Positions 32,030-42,752 of a stretch of DNA of 64,000 nt are shown here, piece after piece (position 1 is the stretch's first letter; each line of letters begins with the position of its first letter). The position numbers were made by a program, and so were the translations under genes. The notes beneath the pieces are model-generated. The model was given only the letters and a program-made list of their open reading frames with translations. It searched no databases and had not been told where the DNA came from. This DNA comes from Candidatus Hikarchaeia archaeon HikBin5 (GTDB lineage Archaea; Halobacteriota; Halobacteria; Halobacteriales; Hikarchaeaceae), in contig WTZU01000004.1 of NCBI GenBank assembly GCA_009889625.1, forward strand, positions 1,588-65,587, read 5' to 3'.

Positions 32030-34405
32030 GTGGAGCTCAATTTCATTTCTTTGGCTATAATTGTCTTCTTACCTTTCTTAGCAGCAGCCATCACTTTCTT
32101 AATCTACCCTCTCTTGAAGGAAAAAACAGCTTACTTTTCGGCATTAATCGCTCTCACCTGTGCCTCTCTAATCCTGACTCTATTTGGGACCACTGGGTCT
32201 ACTTCTGTCCCTCTACTATCCTCTTTGGATGTCCACCTTCGATTTTACGTCGATGGGCTATCACTCCTTGTTGGTCTATTGGCATCAGGCATGGGTGTAT
32301 TGACTTTCATTTATTCTCTTGGGTATATGAAAAACCAGCGTCATAGTCCTACTTATTATGCAGCTCTGTTAGTATTCATGGGGTCCATGCTCGGAATAAT
32401 TTTTTCTGCAGATTTGATTTTTATTTTTATTTTTTGGGAATTGACATCTTTGTCATCTTATTTCTTAATTGGATATTTCAACAATGAGAATTCTTCCAAA
32501 TCTGCGGCAAAAAAAGCATTAATTATTACTTCCATTGGGGGTCTGCTTATGCTCCTTGGATTTTTACTCATCCATTCTATTACTGGAACTTTTGATCTAT
32601 CTCTCCTCCTATCCGAACCCACTTCTGTTCAATCCTCTCTTCGAGCCCATGGATTATTTTTACCCACCCTAGTTGTTATTATTCTCGCGGGAGCATCCAA
32701 ATCTGCACAGATTCCTTTCCACATTTGGCTACCTAGTGCAATGGTTGCCCCGACCCCTGTATCTGCTTTTTTACATTCTGCAGCAATGGTGAAAGCTGGT
32801 GTTTATCTTCTCGGGAGATTCCATCCAATTTTATCCGGCGATGAATGGTCCTTGATCCTCCTTACCATTGGGATCATCACCATGACTCTAACTGCCCTTT
32901 TCGCCGTTATCTCTACCAGTATAAAGGAACTTCTTGCATACTCTACCGCATCCCATATAGGGCTAATGTTGATGGGATTTGGAATACCCATTACCTTGAC
33001 TGGAGTTTCCCCATCACTTGGTTTTGTATCTGGATCTTTCCATTTACTAACTCATGCTTTGTTCAAAGCAGCATTATTTTTGATAGCTGGAGTCCTAGCT
33101 TGTCAATTGGGGATCAAAACATTTTCCGATGCCAAAGGGCTATGGGTAAAAATACCTTTAATCGCAATATTTGCGGTATTTGCCTCTCTTTGTATGGCGG
33201 GCATCCCTCTCACCAGTGGTTTCTATTCGAAAGAATTACTCTTCCAAGGGGTCTATACTCTTGCTAATAATTATGGTGGAATCTGGTGGATTTTACCCTT
33301 ACTTTCAATAATGGCTAGTTCTCTAGCAGTTGTCTATTCACTTAGATTTATAATGATGTTTTTTGGATCGCAGCCATCTCATAAAAAAGACGTCCAACCT
33401 CTCCCTCCCTCTATGGTTTTTCCAATTTCAATTTTGATTTTATTATCACTTATAGTGGCTATATCTCCCTCCATAGCAATTGATTTCATTTCCCATTCTT
33501 CCTCTTCCTATCCTCCCGGGCATCTCCCTATTCATATTGGAATTCCAGATCATGTGACGCCTCCACTTTTAATGAGTTTATCCTCATTAGTTCTTGGAGT
33601 GGCATTGTATACTAAACACAAACAAATTTCAAAAGCTACTACCTCAGTATTATCTTCTAAACATCTTAGTATTGATTCGATTTACTCCTCAATTATCTTG
33701 TCACTTGAAAATTACGGACTTGCCCTCATTTCTAAAACAGAAAAAACTTCGATGAGGACTCATATTATCTGGTTAATCGGAACCCTGGGAATGCTACCTG
33801 CAATCACTCTGTTATATCTACATCAAAATATATCCATCTCCTCCTCACTTCCCCATCAACCTGCGTTTTTGATAGTCCTTCTTATAATTATACTGGGAAC
33901 AATTTCTGTAGCACGATCAAATTCTCATATAATGGGCGTTTTATTTCTCTCAATTGTCGGGTTCATGATTGCAGTATTTTATCTATTATCCAATGCACCG
34001 GACGTTGCATTGACCCAACTCGCAGTCGAAACTCTCATTCTAGTTATATTCTTAGTAATAATTGGAAAATTACCTGCTTATTATGGGGAAGCATCGCCCA
34101 TCCGAGTCAGACTCGATACCATCTTGTCAATCTTCATTGGCACCGTGGTTTTCTTTGCAGTTATTATCTCTACTTCATCTTTTGCTCCAAAAGATATTGT
34201 GGCATTTTTCTCCAATCGAGCTAGCTATCCTATTGGGTCCACTGAAAACATAATATTTGATTACGGTGGTGGGACTAATATAGTCAATGTGATTCTAGTG
34301 GATTTCCGAGCATTAGATACTTTGGGAGAAATATCTGTTGTCGCACTCGCCGCACTTTCAATCTTGACCCTTTTGCATTCAAGAAACCAAGGGGGTGTCA
34401 AATGA
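32030..34405 (+). CDS. mrpA: Na+/H+ antiporter Mrp subunit A
   Basis: FWELTSLSSYFLIG, KSAQIPFHIWLPSAMVAPTPVSAFLHSA, APDVALTQ, NIVNVILVDFRALDTLGE. Start is GTG 32030 or TTG 32024. Confidence 0.95.
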   Translation: MELNFISLAIIVFLPFLAAAITFLIYPLLKEKTAYFSALIALTCASLILTLFGTTGSTSVPLLSSLDVHLRFYVDGLSLLVGLLASGMGVLTFIYSLGYMKNQRHSPTYYAALLVFMGSMLGIIFSADLIFIFIFWELTSLSSYFLIGYFNNENSSKSAAKKALIITSIGGLLMLLGFLLIHSITGTFDLSLLLSEPTSVQSSLRAHGLFLPTLVVIILAGASKSAQIPFHIWLPSAMVAPTPVSAFLHSAAMVKAGVYLLGRFHPILSGDEWSLILLTIGIITMTLTALFAVISTSIKELLAYSTASHIGLMLMGFGIPITLTGVSPSLGFVSGSFHLLTHALFKAALFLIAGVLACQLGIKTFSDAKGLWVKIPLIAIFAVFASLCMAGIPLTSGFYSKELLFQGVYTLANNYGGIWWILPLLSIMASSLAVVYSLRFIMMFFGSQPSHKKDVQPLPPSMVFPISILILLSLIVAISPSIAIDFISHSSSSYPPGHLPIHIGIPDHVTPPLLMSLSSLVLGVALYTKHKQISKATTSVLSSKHLSIDSIYSSIILSLENYGLALISKTEKTSMRTHIIWLIGTLGMLPAITLLYLHQNISISSSLPHQPAFLIVLLIIILGTISVARSNSHIMGVLFLSIVGFMIAVFYLLSNAPDVALTQLAVETLILVIFLVIIGKLPAYYGEASPIRVRLDTILSIFIGTVVFFAVIISTSSFAPKDIVAFFSNRASYPIGSTENIIFDYGGGTNIVNVILVDFRALDTLGEISVVALAALSILTLLHSRNQGGVK

Positions 34406-34827
34406 CAACGCTGATTACCAAAACCGCAGCAAAAATAGTCGCACCTTTGATCTTTGTCACTTCGATGGTCCTTTTCGTCCAAGGGCATAACACAATAGGT
34501 GGTGGGTTTGTTGCTGCAGTATTGATAGTCTCTGCAATATCCTTGCTTTATATAGCGTATGGAACTGAGAATCTCACCAGATTATTAAATATTTATCCCT
34601 CTGAATTAAACAGAAAAATGCTCGTATCTGGCTTGATGCTAATACTCTTAACAGGAAGTATCCCCGTTCTATTCAACATGCCCTTCCTGACACAAGCATA
34701 TTGGGTACTACCTACCATTTCATTTTTAGGAGAATTAAAAATTTCAACTGCTATATTTTTTGATTTGGGTGTCCTTCTGACGGTTACAGGATCTTTACTT
34801 TCTATACTGTCGGGGGTGAGTAGATAG
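34402..34827 (+). CDS. mrpB: Mrp antiporter subunit B
   Basis: GHNTIGGGFVAA, FFDLGVLLTV. Confidence 0.93.
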   Translation: MTTLITKTAAKIVAPLIFVTSMVLFVQGHNTIGGGFVAAVLIVSAISLLYIAYGTENLTRLLNIYPSELNRKMLVSGLMLILLTGSIPVLFNMPFLTQAYWVLPTISFLGELKISTAIFFDLGVLLTVTGSLLSILSGVSR

Positions 34828-34828
34828 A

Positions 34829-35167
34829 ATGTCTCAATTATTCTTGGCACTAACCATTGGATCTCTCTTTTCTCTTGGCACTTTCTTACTTTTAAGAAGG
34901 GATTTATTAAAATCAATCCTAGGTGTCATAATCTTTGGACAGGCAGCAAATGTGTATTTGATTACTATGGGGGGTTTCTCTGGAACTGTGCCTGTTTTAT
35001 ATGGCGGCGAAAATTTGGTTTCTACAACTGACCCTCTTGTTCAGGCATTGGTCTTAACTGCCATAGTCATCAGCTTGGGAACCACTTCATTTATTCTTGT
35101 ACTTTTACTTCGAGTTTATGATGAGCATGGAACTTTGGACATAGATAGATTATGGGGGCAATCATGA
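34829..35167 (+). CDS. mrpC: Mrp antiporter subunit C
   Basis: DPLVQALVLTAIVI. Confidence 0.95.
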   Translation: MSQLFLALTIGSLFSLGTFLLLRRDLLKSILGVIIFGQAANVYLITMGGFSGTVPVLYGGENLVSTTDPLVQALVLTAIVISLGTTSFILVLLLRVYDEHGTLDIDRLWGQS

Positions 35168-36738
35168 TCGAATATTCCCACCTTGTAGCCCATTCGCCAA
35201 TGCTGCCAATATTAATTTCTCTTCTATCTGCATGTATAATTCTACTATCGAGGAGATCTCTTAAATTGACCATTATATTCAGTTCATTTGGCATGATACT
35301 TTATTCGGTATCTATTCTATTCCTTCTACTTCTTGTCCAAGATTTTCCTATATCTTATCAATTTTCTGCTTGGCCTGCTCCTTATGGAATCTCATTTGTT
35401 GCAGATCCATTCTCCCTTCTTCTACTATCAATAACTGCTATAATTTCAATCGCAGTTTTATTTTATTCAATATTAACTATAGATGCGCAAAAACAAAAAT
35501 TTTCTTACCATGCATTTTTACATTTCTTACTCTTCGGAGTCACTGGCGCACTCCTGACTGGGGATTTATTCAATCTATTTGTTTGGTTCGAAGTAACTCT
35601 TTTAACTAGTTATGTTCTCGTTACTTTCGATTCTAATTCTCAACAAACTAGAGCTGGAATGACATATGTTATTCTTAATTTAATCGGGGGTGCATTCATG
35701 CTGATCGCTATTGGCGGGATCTATGCCACCACTGGTACACTAAATCTAGCAGACCTCTCTCACCGACTATCTCAACCAGATGTGTACGGCATTTCCATCC
35801 CCTCTGTGATGGTATTTTTTATGATCCTCTTTGTTGTTTTTGCCCTTAAATCAGGTTTGGTCCCTCTGCATTTTTGGGTACCGCTGGTTTATCAAGCCGC
35901 ACCTTCTCCTATTTCTGCACTTCTCTCTGGAGTGGTAAAAAAAGTTGGACTCTATGCTATGATAAGAATATTCTTTACAGTAATCCCTCCCACTTCGATT
36001 TCAATAGGGGAAATTTCAATTTTAACAATTTTTGGATTTTCTCTTCTTATTCTCTCTTTCTCCAGCATAGTTATTGGTGGGATATCTGCACTTGGCCAAA
36101 ACAATATGGATGGCTTACTAGCTTACTCTAGTATAAGCCAAATGGGTTTCATAATGCTGCCGCTTTCTATAGCTGCTTTGTTCCCCGCTGTAAAGGGGAT
36201 GGCTCTGATAGCAGCGATAGTCCTTTCCTTGAATCACTCACTTGCAAAAGCATCCCTTTTCCTTGTTAGTGGGCATATAAAAAATTCTGTTGGATCTGTA
36301 ACTCTCTCCGATTTAGGGGGCATGTCTACTCACTCACCCATTCTATCTATTTCAGTATTTATTTCTTTATTCTCCATAGTGGGTGTGCCTCCTATTTTTG
36401 GATTTTTAGGAAAAGTATATCTCCTAATTCTATCCTCAAATACTCAATCGATTCTGCCAAATTTTTCTATCTTATTCATCTCTGTCATTTTAGTTGGTTC
36501 TCTTCTTTCCCTACTCTATGCAATCCGCCTGTGGAATACTTGCTTCTGGGGGGAAGTTTCTTCAAAAGTATCTACTTCTTCTCCCATTTATTTGACCCAA
36601 TATTCATTTATCGCCCTTTCCCTCCTCCTAGTCTTAATCACTCTTGGATTTGAGTTCATTTCCCCCTTAATCGAAGCGGCATCAATTTCCGCAGTAGATA
36701 GTTCTGGCTATATAGACGCCGTTCTGTATCATAAGTAG
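35164..36738 (+). CDS. mrpD: Mrp antiporter subunit D
   Basis: WPAPYGI, TGDLFNLFVWFEV, KSGLVPLHFWVP. Confidence 0.95.
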   Translation: MIEYSHLVAHSPMLPILISLLSACIILLSRRSLKLTIIFSSFGMILYSVSILFLLLLVQDFPISYQFSAWPAPYGISFVADPFSLLLLSITAIISIAVLFYSILTIDAQKQKFSYHAFLHFLLFGVTGALLTGDLFNLFVWFEVTLLTSYVLVTFDSNSQQTRAGMTYVILNLIGGAFMLIAIGGIYATTGTLNLADLSHRLSQPDVYGISIPSVMVFFMILFVVFALKSGLVPLHFWVPLVYQAAPSPISALLSGVVKKVGLYAMIRIFFTVIPPTSISIGEISILTIFGFSLLILSFSSIVIGGISALGQNNMDGLLAYSSISQMGFIMLPLSIAALFPAVKGMALIAAIVLSLNHSLAKASLFLVSGHIKNSVGSVTLSDLGGMSTHSPILSISVFISLFSIVGVPPIFGFLGKVYLLILSSNTQSILPNFSILFISVILVGSLLSLLYAIRLWNTCFWGEVSSKVSTSSPIYLTQYSFIALSLLLVLITLGFEFISPLIEAASISAVDSSGYIDAVLYHK

Positions 36739-36748
36739 ATCAATCACT

Positions 36749-37333
36749 ATGGCTCTCATACAAAAAATAAAAACTTGGATTGCATTGGGTGCTTTTTTAT
36801 CTTTAACTTGGGTTTTCATTCGTGGTGCACAACCACCTCTCTCTAATTTCCTCTTGGAGTTTATCTTTGGACTTGCAATTTGCTTACCGCTTGCATACCT
36901 TTTTCGAAATTTCTTTTCCCAATCCATTCTTATAAAATCAATTATCACTTCTTCTCCCTATATGCTATTATTTATACTAATCTTTCTCCGAGATATGGTC
37001 ACTGCAAATATAGATGTAGCCCGGAGGATTCTCAATCCAAATTTGCCCATCAAACCCGCCGTCATCACAGTCCCATTACGGGTCAAAAAACCATTTTCTA
37101 TCACAACTATAGCAAACAGTGTTACTTTGACTCCTGGAACTCTTACCTTGGATTATGTAGAAGAATCGAATAGTCTATTGATTCATACAATCGATGAAAA
37201 TAATGCTAAATCTACTCTCAAAACAATCAGAATCTGGGAAGAATATGCACTCAACATATTCCATGAATTGCCTACTAAAACCCCGATAGTGGAAATCTTT
37301 TTATCTTCCGTCAGAGGTGGGAATAATGACTAA
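36749..37333 (+). CDS. mrpE: Mrp antiporter subunit E
   Basis: ANIDVARRIL, ANSVTLTPGTL. Confidence 0.93.
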   Translation: MALIQKIKTWIALGAFLSLTWVFIRGAQPPLSNFLLEFIFGLAICLPLAYLFRNFFSQSILIKSIITSSPYMLLFILIFLRDMVTANIDVARRILNPNLPIKPAVITVPLRVKKPFSITTIANSVTLTPGTLTLDYVEESNSLLIHTIDENNAKSTLKTIRIWEEYALNIFHELPTKTPIVEIFLSSVRGGNND

Positions 37334-37616
37334 TCTTGTCCCCTTTAGTTTTATATTGACCTTTGCATTGGCATTGGTCTGTACCCTCACCTTACTTTGT
37401 GGCTATCGAGCATTCACTGGACCCACTCTCCCCGACCGAGTAATTGGAATTGATGCAATTGGAACTAATATAACTGCAATAGCCGTCTTGCTCGCTCTTC
37501 TAACACATTTCGACCGATTCATTCTTGTAGGTCTCGTTCTAGCAATCATAGGTTTCATAAGTACAATTGCAGCAGCAAATTACATTTCTGAAAGTGAGGT
37601 CATATCTAATGATTAA
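37326..37616 (+). CDS. mrpF: Mrp antiporter subunit F
   Basis: GPTLPDRVIGID, IGFISTIA. Confidence 0.93.
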   Translation: MTNLVPFSFILTFALALVCTLTLLCGYRAFTGPTLPDRVIGIDAIGTNITAIAVLLALLTHFDRFILVGLVLAIIGFISTIAAANYISESEVISND

Positions 37617-37995
37617 TTTTAATTTTTTCTCCACCATTTTAAATTATCCACTCTCTCTACAGGATTTGCTGACCATCACTTTTGTACTCTTGGGATGTTT
37701 TTTCCTCTCCGTTGGCACTATAGGGTTATTGCGACTACCTGATGTCTACAATCGACTCCACGCAACTAGCAAATCCACTACGTTAGGTGCCGCTTCTATT
37801 TTCTTTTCAGGATTTTTATATTATGGATTCGAAGGAATGGGATTGACTTCACTTGTTGGGGTTTTTTTTCTATTTCTAACCGCACCAACTGGGAGCCATA
37901 TGATTGCTAGAGCAGCCCAGAAAATGGGAGTTGATTTTTTCGGCGACATATCCTGGCCAATTTCTTCTTCAACCAAAAATAAGAAAACAAAATAA
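37609..37995 (+). CDS. mrpG: Mrp antiporter subunit G
   Basis: GLLRLPDVYNRLHATSKSTTLG, LTAPTGSHMIARAA. Confidence 0.94.
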   Translation: MINFNFFSTILNYPLSLQDLLTITFVLLGCFFLSVGTIGLLRLPDVYNRLHATSKSTTLGAASIFFSGFLYYGFEGMGLTSLVGVFFLFLTAPTGSHMIARAAQKMGVDFFGDISWPISSSTKNKKTK

Positions 37996-38030
37996 TGAAT
38001 CTGTTTGGATTTCTCCTCTCCGACCCACTG

Positions 38031-39194
38031 TCACTGAGATTTAATTTCTTTAGATAGTTCTTCTGCTATCTCCAAACCTATCTCTCGCTTTGAACCCTCT
38101 CGTTCTAGAATGCTATCCCTGCGAACAATTTCAACTCTTGTTTTTTCCAATCCTATCACGTTTGCATTATTTGCAACAACAAATGAGAGTCTAGCACGAT
38201 TTAATAGCTCTCTAGATCTCTCAATAACTAGATTTCGATCTTCTTCCACTTCTGCCTTAAAACCAATGATTACCAAATCTGGAAATTTCTTTCGGATAAT
38301 GTCCAATAATTTTGGTTTTCGATGCAATTTCAATTGAATTTCTTCCGCCCCCGATTTCAATTTTTCTTTCGATGGCTCCGTACCATAGTCTGCGATTGCG
38401 GCTGCAGAAATCAACCCATCTGCTTCTTTTGAGAGATTTATTACATTTTCAATCATTTCTTCCACATTTTCCACCTGATATGTGTTGATATATGGTATGT
38501 CACCCCCGTTGTGCACAAGACTCACTTTTGCACCCTTTATATAACAACCTATGGCAACCCCTTCTCCCGTTTTTCCAGACGAACAATTTGTGATCATGCG
38601 CACCGGATCAATTTTTTCATGAGTAGCCCCTGAAGTAACTATTATATGTTTTCCTTGGAGTGGTTTCAAATCAATAGCCCTCTCAACTTCTACAACTATA
38701 GTATCTATATCTGCTATCTTTGCCTTTCCTTCTTCCATAACTGGTTCTGCAAAATTAACCCCCCATAATTTAAGTTTTTCTTGCGCCTCTATGATTCCTG
38801 GATGTTTGGCCATAGGTTCATGCATTGCAGGGGCAACCACTATTGGGATTTTTGATCCTATCGCGGTAGTTACACAGGTAGTCACACAAGTATCATCAAT
38901 CGAAGCTGCCATTTTCCCAATAGTGTTTGCGGTAGCTGGGGCAATAACCAGTACATCTGCCCAACCGTTTTCACCACACAATTCTATATGTTCTACTCTG
39001 CCCGTTATTCCTTTTATTATTTCATTTTCAGTTGCATATTCCACCGCCCAAGGATGAATAATATTTGTCGCATTAGGTGTAATTATTCCTTTGACATTGG
39101 CCCCCTTCCTTCTGAATTCATGAACAAGTTCTACCACTTTGACTGCAGCAATACTACCTGTAATTCCCAGCGCTATATTCACTCCTTTGAGCAT
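38031..39194 (-). CDS. coaBC: Phosphopantothenoylcysteine decarboxylase/ligase
   Basis: GITGSIAA, APATANTIGK, PAMH, TSGATHEKIDPVR, GFKAE. Confidence 0.96.
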   Translation of the reverse strand: MLKGVNIALGITGSIAAVKVVELVHEFRRKGANVKGIITPNATNIIHPWAVEYATENEIIKGITGRVEHIELCGENGWADVLVIAPATANTIGKMAASIDDTCVTTCVTTAIGSKIPIVVAPAMHEPMAKHPGIIEAQEKLKLWGVNFAEPVMEEGKAKIADIDTIVVEVERAIDLKPLQGKHIIVTSGATHEKIDPVRMITNCSSGKTGEGVAIGCYIKGAKVSLVHNGGDIPYINTYQVENVEEMIENVINLSKEADGLISAAAIADYGTEPSKEKLKSGAEEIQLKLHRKPKLLDIIRKKFPDLVIIGFKAEVEEDRNLVIERSRELLNRARLSFVVANNANVIGLEKTRVEIVRRDSILEREGSKREIGLEIAEELSKEIKSQ

Positions 39195-39416
39195 CTATTA
39201 GATACCTCTGAATTCCTATTTTATAACAGTGGCGATGTGAGAGGGGCGTTTTAGTGAATATCTTTCTTCTCGTGGTGTGTTTCTTTCTACTGTTTAAGTT
39301 CTAAAATCGATAAACTAAGGCTCACTTTTTCTAATTATATTTAATTTCTTCCATATCCCCCTCAGACGAAACACACTTATACTTCCCTTGGCAATCGGGC
39401 GGATAGGTACACGCAA

Positions 39417-40742
39417 GTGCGCATTCTTATAATTGGCGCAGGACAGGTTGGATACAGCATCGCAGAAAGCCTGTCTGAAGCCCATCAAATTGTTGTCATG
39501 GATATCAATCCAGATCGCGTTTCTGAATTGACATATTCTCTTGATGTTTTGGCTATATGTGGAGATGGCAATGATCTCAACAATCTAGAAGAAGTGGGTC
39601 TTGTCGACATGATTATCGCTTGTACGAACGACGACGAAAAAAATCTCATCGCATGCGAATCTTCCAAATTAATCGGCGAAACATTCACCGTAGCTAGAGT
39701 GAAAAATTCTACTTTATTTGAATCATGGTCCCGATCAATTGGTGCATTTGGAGTGGATTTCATGGCCTGTTCTGATAGATTAACTGCAGAAACCATTGTC
39801 AATATAGCTGGCATTCCTGCAGCCCTTGATGCCGACTCATTTGCAGGAGGAAAGGTGCAAATGGCTGAGTTTGAGGTAACTGAAGATAGTGCATTAGTCA
39901 ATCAAACAGTTAGTGAGGCAGATCAATTCGCCTCATTAACATTTGCCGCGATAATAATGGAAGATCAGATTGTCATACCAAGTGGATCTACTAAGATCCC
40001 TATTGGTTCTCGATTAGTGGTTATTGGGACTCCCGAAAGTGTCCAAAAGTTCTCTTCTGTCATTAAACCAACTACTAATAAAACTGAGAATATCGCAATT
40101 TTAGGAGGGAGTAATATTTCTGCAGAAATAGCATCTATCTTTTCAACCCGTGGCATGAAACCGACTCTAATGACTGCCGATCGAGATTTATCGATCAAAC
40201 TAGCAGAAAAATTACCAAATACAGTGGTCATGTGCCATGACGTAACTGACATTGAATTTCTCAAATCTGAAAATATAATTCAAGCCGATCTTGTAGTCAT
40301 ACATTTGGATTCTGATGAAGAAACACTCTTAGTCTCTCTATTGGTCAAACAATTAGGCGCATCTAGAGTGGCATCCATCATAAACTCTGGAGACTACGTT
40401 TCTCTATTCGAAAATGTAGGGATAGATGTAGCTGTAAATCCCCGGGAAGTAACTGCAGAAGCACTCATCCACTTCACACACAATGTAAATACAAAACGTG
40501 TGGCAATTCTAGATTCTAATAGGGTAGAAATTCTTGAAATTGAAATTGATTCAAATAGCAAATTATCTGGAAGAAATGTTAAAGCAATAACTGCTGATAT
40601 GCCTGCCTCTGTAGTTATAGGGGCAATCGTACGAGACGGCCAAGTACTTGCCCCTCGGGGTGATACAATGATACAATACCAAGACAACATAGTCATCCTT
40701 GTCGATGTATCTGTATTGGACAATATTTTGAAACAACTATGA
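39417..40742 (+). CDS. trkA: Trk potassium uptake regulatory subunit TrkA
   Basis: Two RCK_N/RCK_C pairs (GAGQVG; ILGG); adjacent to trkH. Confidence 0.94.
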   Translation: MRILIIGAGQVGYSIAESLSEAHQIVVMDINPDRVSELTYSLDVLAICGDGNDLNNLEEVGLVDMIIACTNDDEKNLIACESSKLIGETFTVARVKNSTLFESWSRSIGAFGVDFMACSDRLTAETIVNIAGIPAALDADSFAGGKVQMAEFEVTEDSALVNQTVSEADQFASLTFAAIIMEDQIVIPSGSTKIPIGSRLVVIGTPESVQKFSSVIKPTTNKTENIAILGGSNISAEIASIFSTRGMKPTLMTADRDLSIKLAEKLPNTVVMCHDVTDIEFLKSENIIQADLVVIHLDSDEETLLVSLLVKQLGASRVASIINSGDYVSLFENVGIDVAVNPREVTAEALIHFTHNVNTKRVAILDSNRVEILEIEIDSNSKLSGRNVKAITADMPASVVIGAIVRDGQVLAPRGDTMIQYQDNIVILVDVSVLDNILKQL

Positions 40743-42265
40743 TCCTTAGAGCCAATTGGAAAGCTGCACTTAGTCTCACTGGAACCATCACAAAATGGCT
40801 GGCAATCGCACTTTCTTTACCTTTGATAGTGGCAATTTACTACGGAGATTCTATCTTCCCCTTTGTAATAGCAATGGGTGTGTCTTTATTCGTTGGATCT
40901 ATTCTTGAAAGATTGGATGGGGATCCCCAAATGAGCTTGAGAGACGGTTTTTTAATGCTAGTTGCAGCTTGGATCATAGTCGCTTGTATTGGTGCAATAC
41001 CTTATCTAATTGCAACAGCTGGAACATCTTCTACATTATCTAGTCCAATAAATGCGTTATTCGAAAGTGTAAGTGGATTTACAACCACCGGGGCCACCGT
41101 CATAGGCGATTTGTCATCCGATCATTATTCTCCATCTATACTACTCTGGCGCCAGTTCACCCAATGGCTAGGGGGAATGGGTATCATTGTCCTTGCTCTA
41201 GCAATCGTACCAGAACTATCCTCCGGAGGGGCCCGATTATTAGATGCAGAGGCACCTGGGCCTAGTATCAAAAAACTCACTCCAAAAATAGCCGAAACAG
41301 CACGATTCCTTTGGTTAGTGTATCTCGGAATAACCTTTCTCGAAGTATTCATTTTATATGGACTTCATTTAATTGGATTTGCTCCAAATATGGACTTCTA
41401 CAATGCTCTTTGCCATGGTTTTACAACACTAGCTTCTGGAGGATTTTCACCAGCAGTTAGGAGCATTGAGACATTCTCAACGGCAGTCCAATGGGTAATC
41501 ATTCCTTTTATGGTTGCATCAGGGACTAACTTCGCTCTATTCTACCATTACTTAAAAGGTGATAAAAAAATCTTCTTAAAAGATTCAGAATTTAAATATT
41601 ATCTCTTATTTATGGGGATTTTATCACTCTTATTCACTATCCTCTTTTTAAATAACAATTGGTCAAATTCAACCTTCGAACAAACGCCTCTATTGACTAC
41701 CCTTAGGCACGCCATCTTCCAAACTGTTTCTGTAGTGACTACCACTGGTTACGTTAGCTTTGATTTCACAACATTAAGCATGCCTGCCCAATACTTACTG
41801 TTATTTTCCATGTTTATTGGAGGTAGTATCGGATCAACTAGTTGTTCAATCAAAATCCTTCGTTGGATAGTAATTCTGAAATCCCTTCGAAAAAGTCTAT
41901 TCTCTCTTATCCACCCCGATGCAATCCTGCCACTCCGATTCAACAACAATGTTTACGACGAATCTGAAATCAAAAAAATCCACACATTCACTCTATTGTT
42001 CATATTAATCTTCGCATTATCTACTATCTTCATAGTTCTTGATGCTTCACGTGTGGGCCTCAACCTCTCTTTGCTCGAAGCTATGGGTGCAGTCGCAGCA
42101 ACTCTTGGCAACTTTGGTCCATCTTTTGGTGCATCTGGTCCTATGGGCAATTATCTTCTGTTCCCCTGGACTTCAAAACTATATATGTCCCTATTAATGA
42201 TAGCAGGACGACTAGAAATATTCCCTCTCGTAGTTTTACTAACCCGAGCATTTTGGAGATCTTGA
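40739..42265 (+). CDS. trkH: Trk potassium uptake membrane subunit TrkH
   Basis: FESVSGFTTTGA, WLGGMGII, TTTGY, LGNFGP, GRLEIFP. Confidence 0.96.
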   Translation: MILRANWKAALSLTGTITKWLAIALSLPLIVAIYYGDSIFPFVIAMGVSLFVGSILERLDGDPQMSLRDGFLMLVAAWIIVACIGAIPYLIATAGTSSTLSSPINALFESVSGFTTTGATVIGDLSSDHYSPSILLWRQFTQWLGGMGIIVLALAIVPELSSGGARLLDAEAPGPSIKKLTPKIAETARFLWLVYLGITFLEVFILYGLHLIGFAPNMDFYNALCHGFTTLASGGFSPAVRSIETFSTAVQWVIIPFMVASGTNFALFYHYLKGDKKIFLKDSEFKYYLLFMGILSLLFTILFLNNNWSNSTFEQTPLLTTLRHAIFQTVSVVTTTGYVSFDFTTLSMPAQYLLLFSMFIGGSIGSTSCSIKILRWIVILKSLRKSLFSLIHPDAILPLRFNNNVYDESEIKKIHTFTLLFILIFALSTIFIVLDASRVGLNLSLLEAMGAVAATLGNFGPSFGASGPMGNYLLFPWTSKLYMSLLMIAGRLEIFPLVVLLTRAFWRS

Positions 42266-42286
42266 GTTTTCTCCCTAAATGTCACT

Positions 42287-42709
42287 CTATATAGGGACTG
42301 ATTTCAAAGATAGTTCTATCAGTCTAAGGGCATTCGGCCCATCTCTCCATTCCACAACCACCTCTATCCTTCTTTTTACCATTCTAATTTCTTCAATCAA
42401 AACCTCATTAATGTGGCAGATTAAAATTAAATGGCTCAGCACCTTTGCATTTATATCTCCCTCAACCAATATCTTTGATTGTTTTCCACTTTCATCAGAA
42501 CTAATGGTTATGTTGGCTTCAACATTTATTACTTTCAATGGGGGTAGTTCATTTCTCAACCTTTGTAATGATACTGAAATGGCAGTATCTTCTCCTTCTA
42601 ATCCCAACGAACGAGCGGTTGCAGAATAATTAATAATTCCTGCCCTGAGTGCCTCACATAAGTAAGGAATATTTTTTACTTCTCTTCGGGTATCGGATGC
42701 AAGTGACAT
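42287..42709 (-). CDS. Conserved haloarchaeal-type hypothetical protein (DUF7523-like)
   Basis: MSLASDTRREV...ALRAGIINYSATAR...DGPNALR. Confidence 0.7.
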   Translation of the reverse strand: MSLASDTRREVKNIPYLCEALRAGIINYSATARSLGLEGEDTAISVSLQRLRNELPPLKVINVEANITISSDESGKQSKILVEGDINAKVLSHLILICHINEVLIEEIRMVKRRIEVVVEWRDGPNALRLIELSLKSVPI

Positions 42710-42752
42710 ACTACTTTACATGATGTGTCATAAAAACAAAACTATGTTGTGT

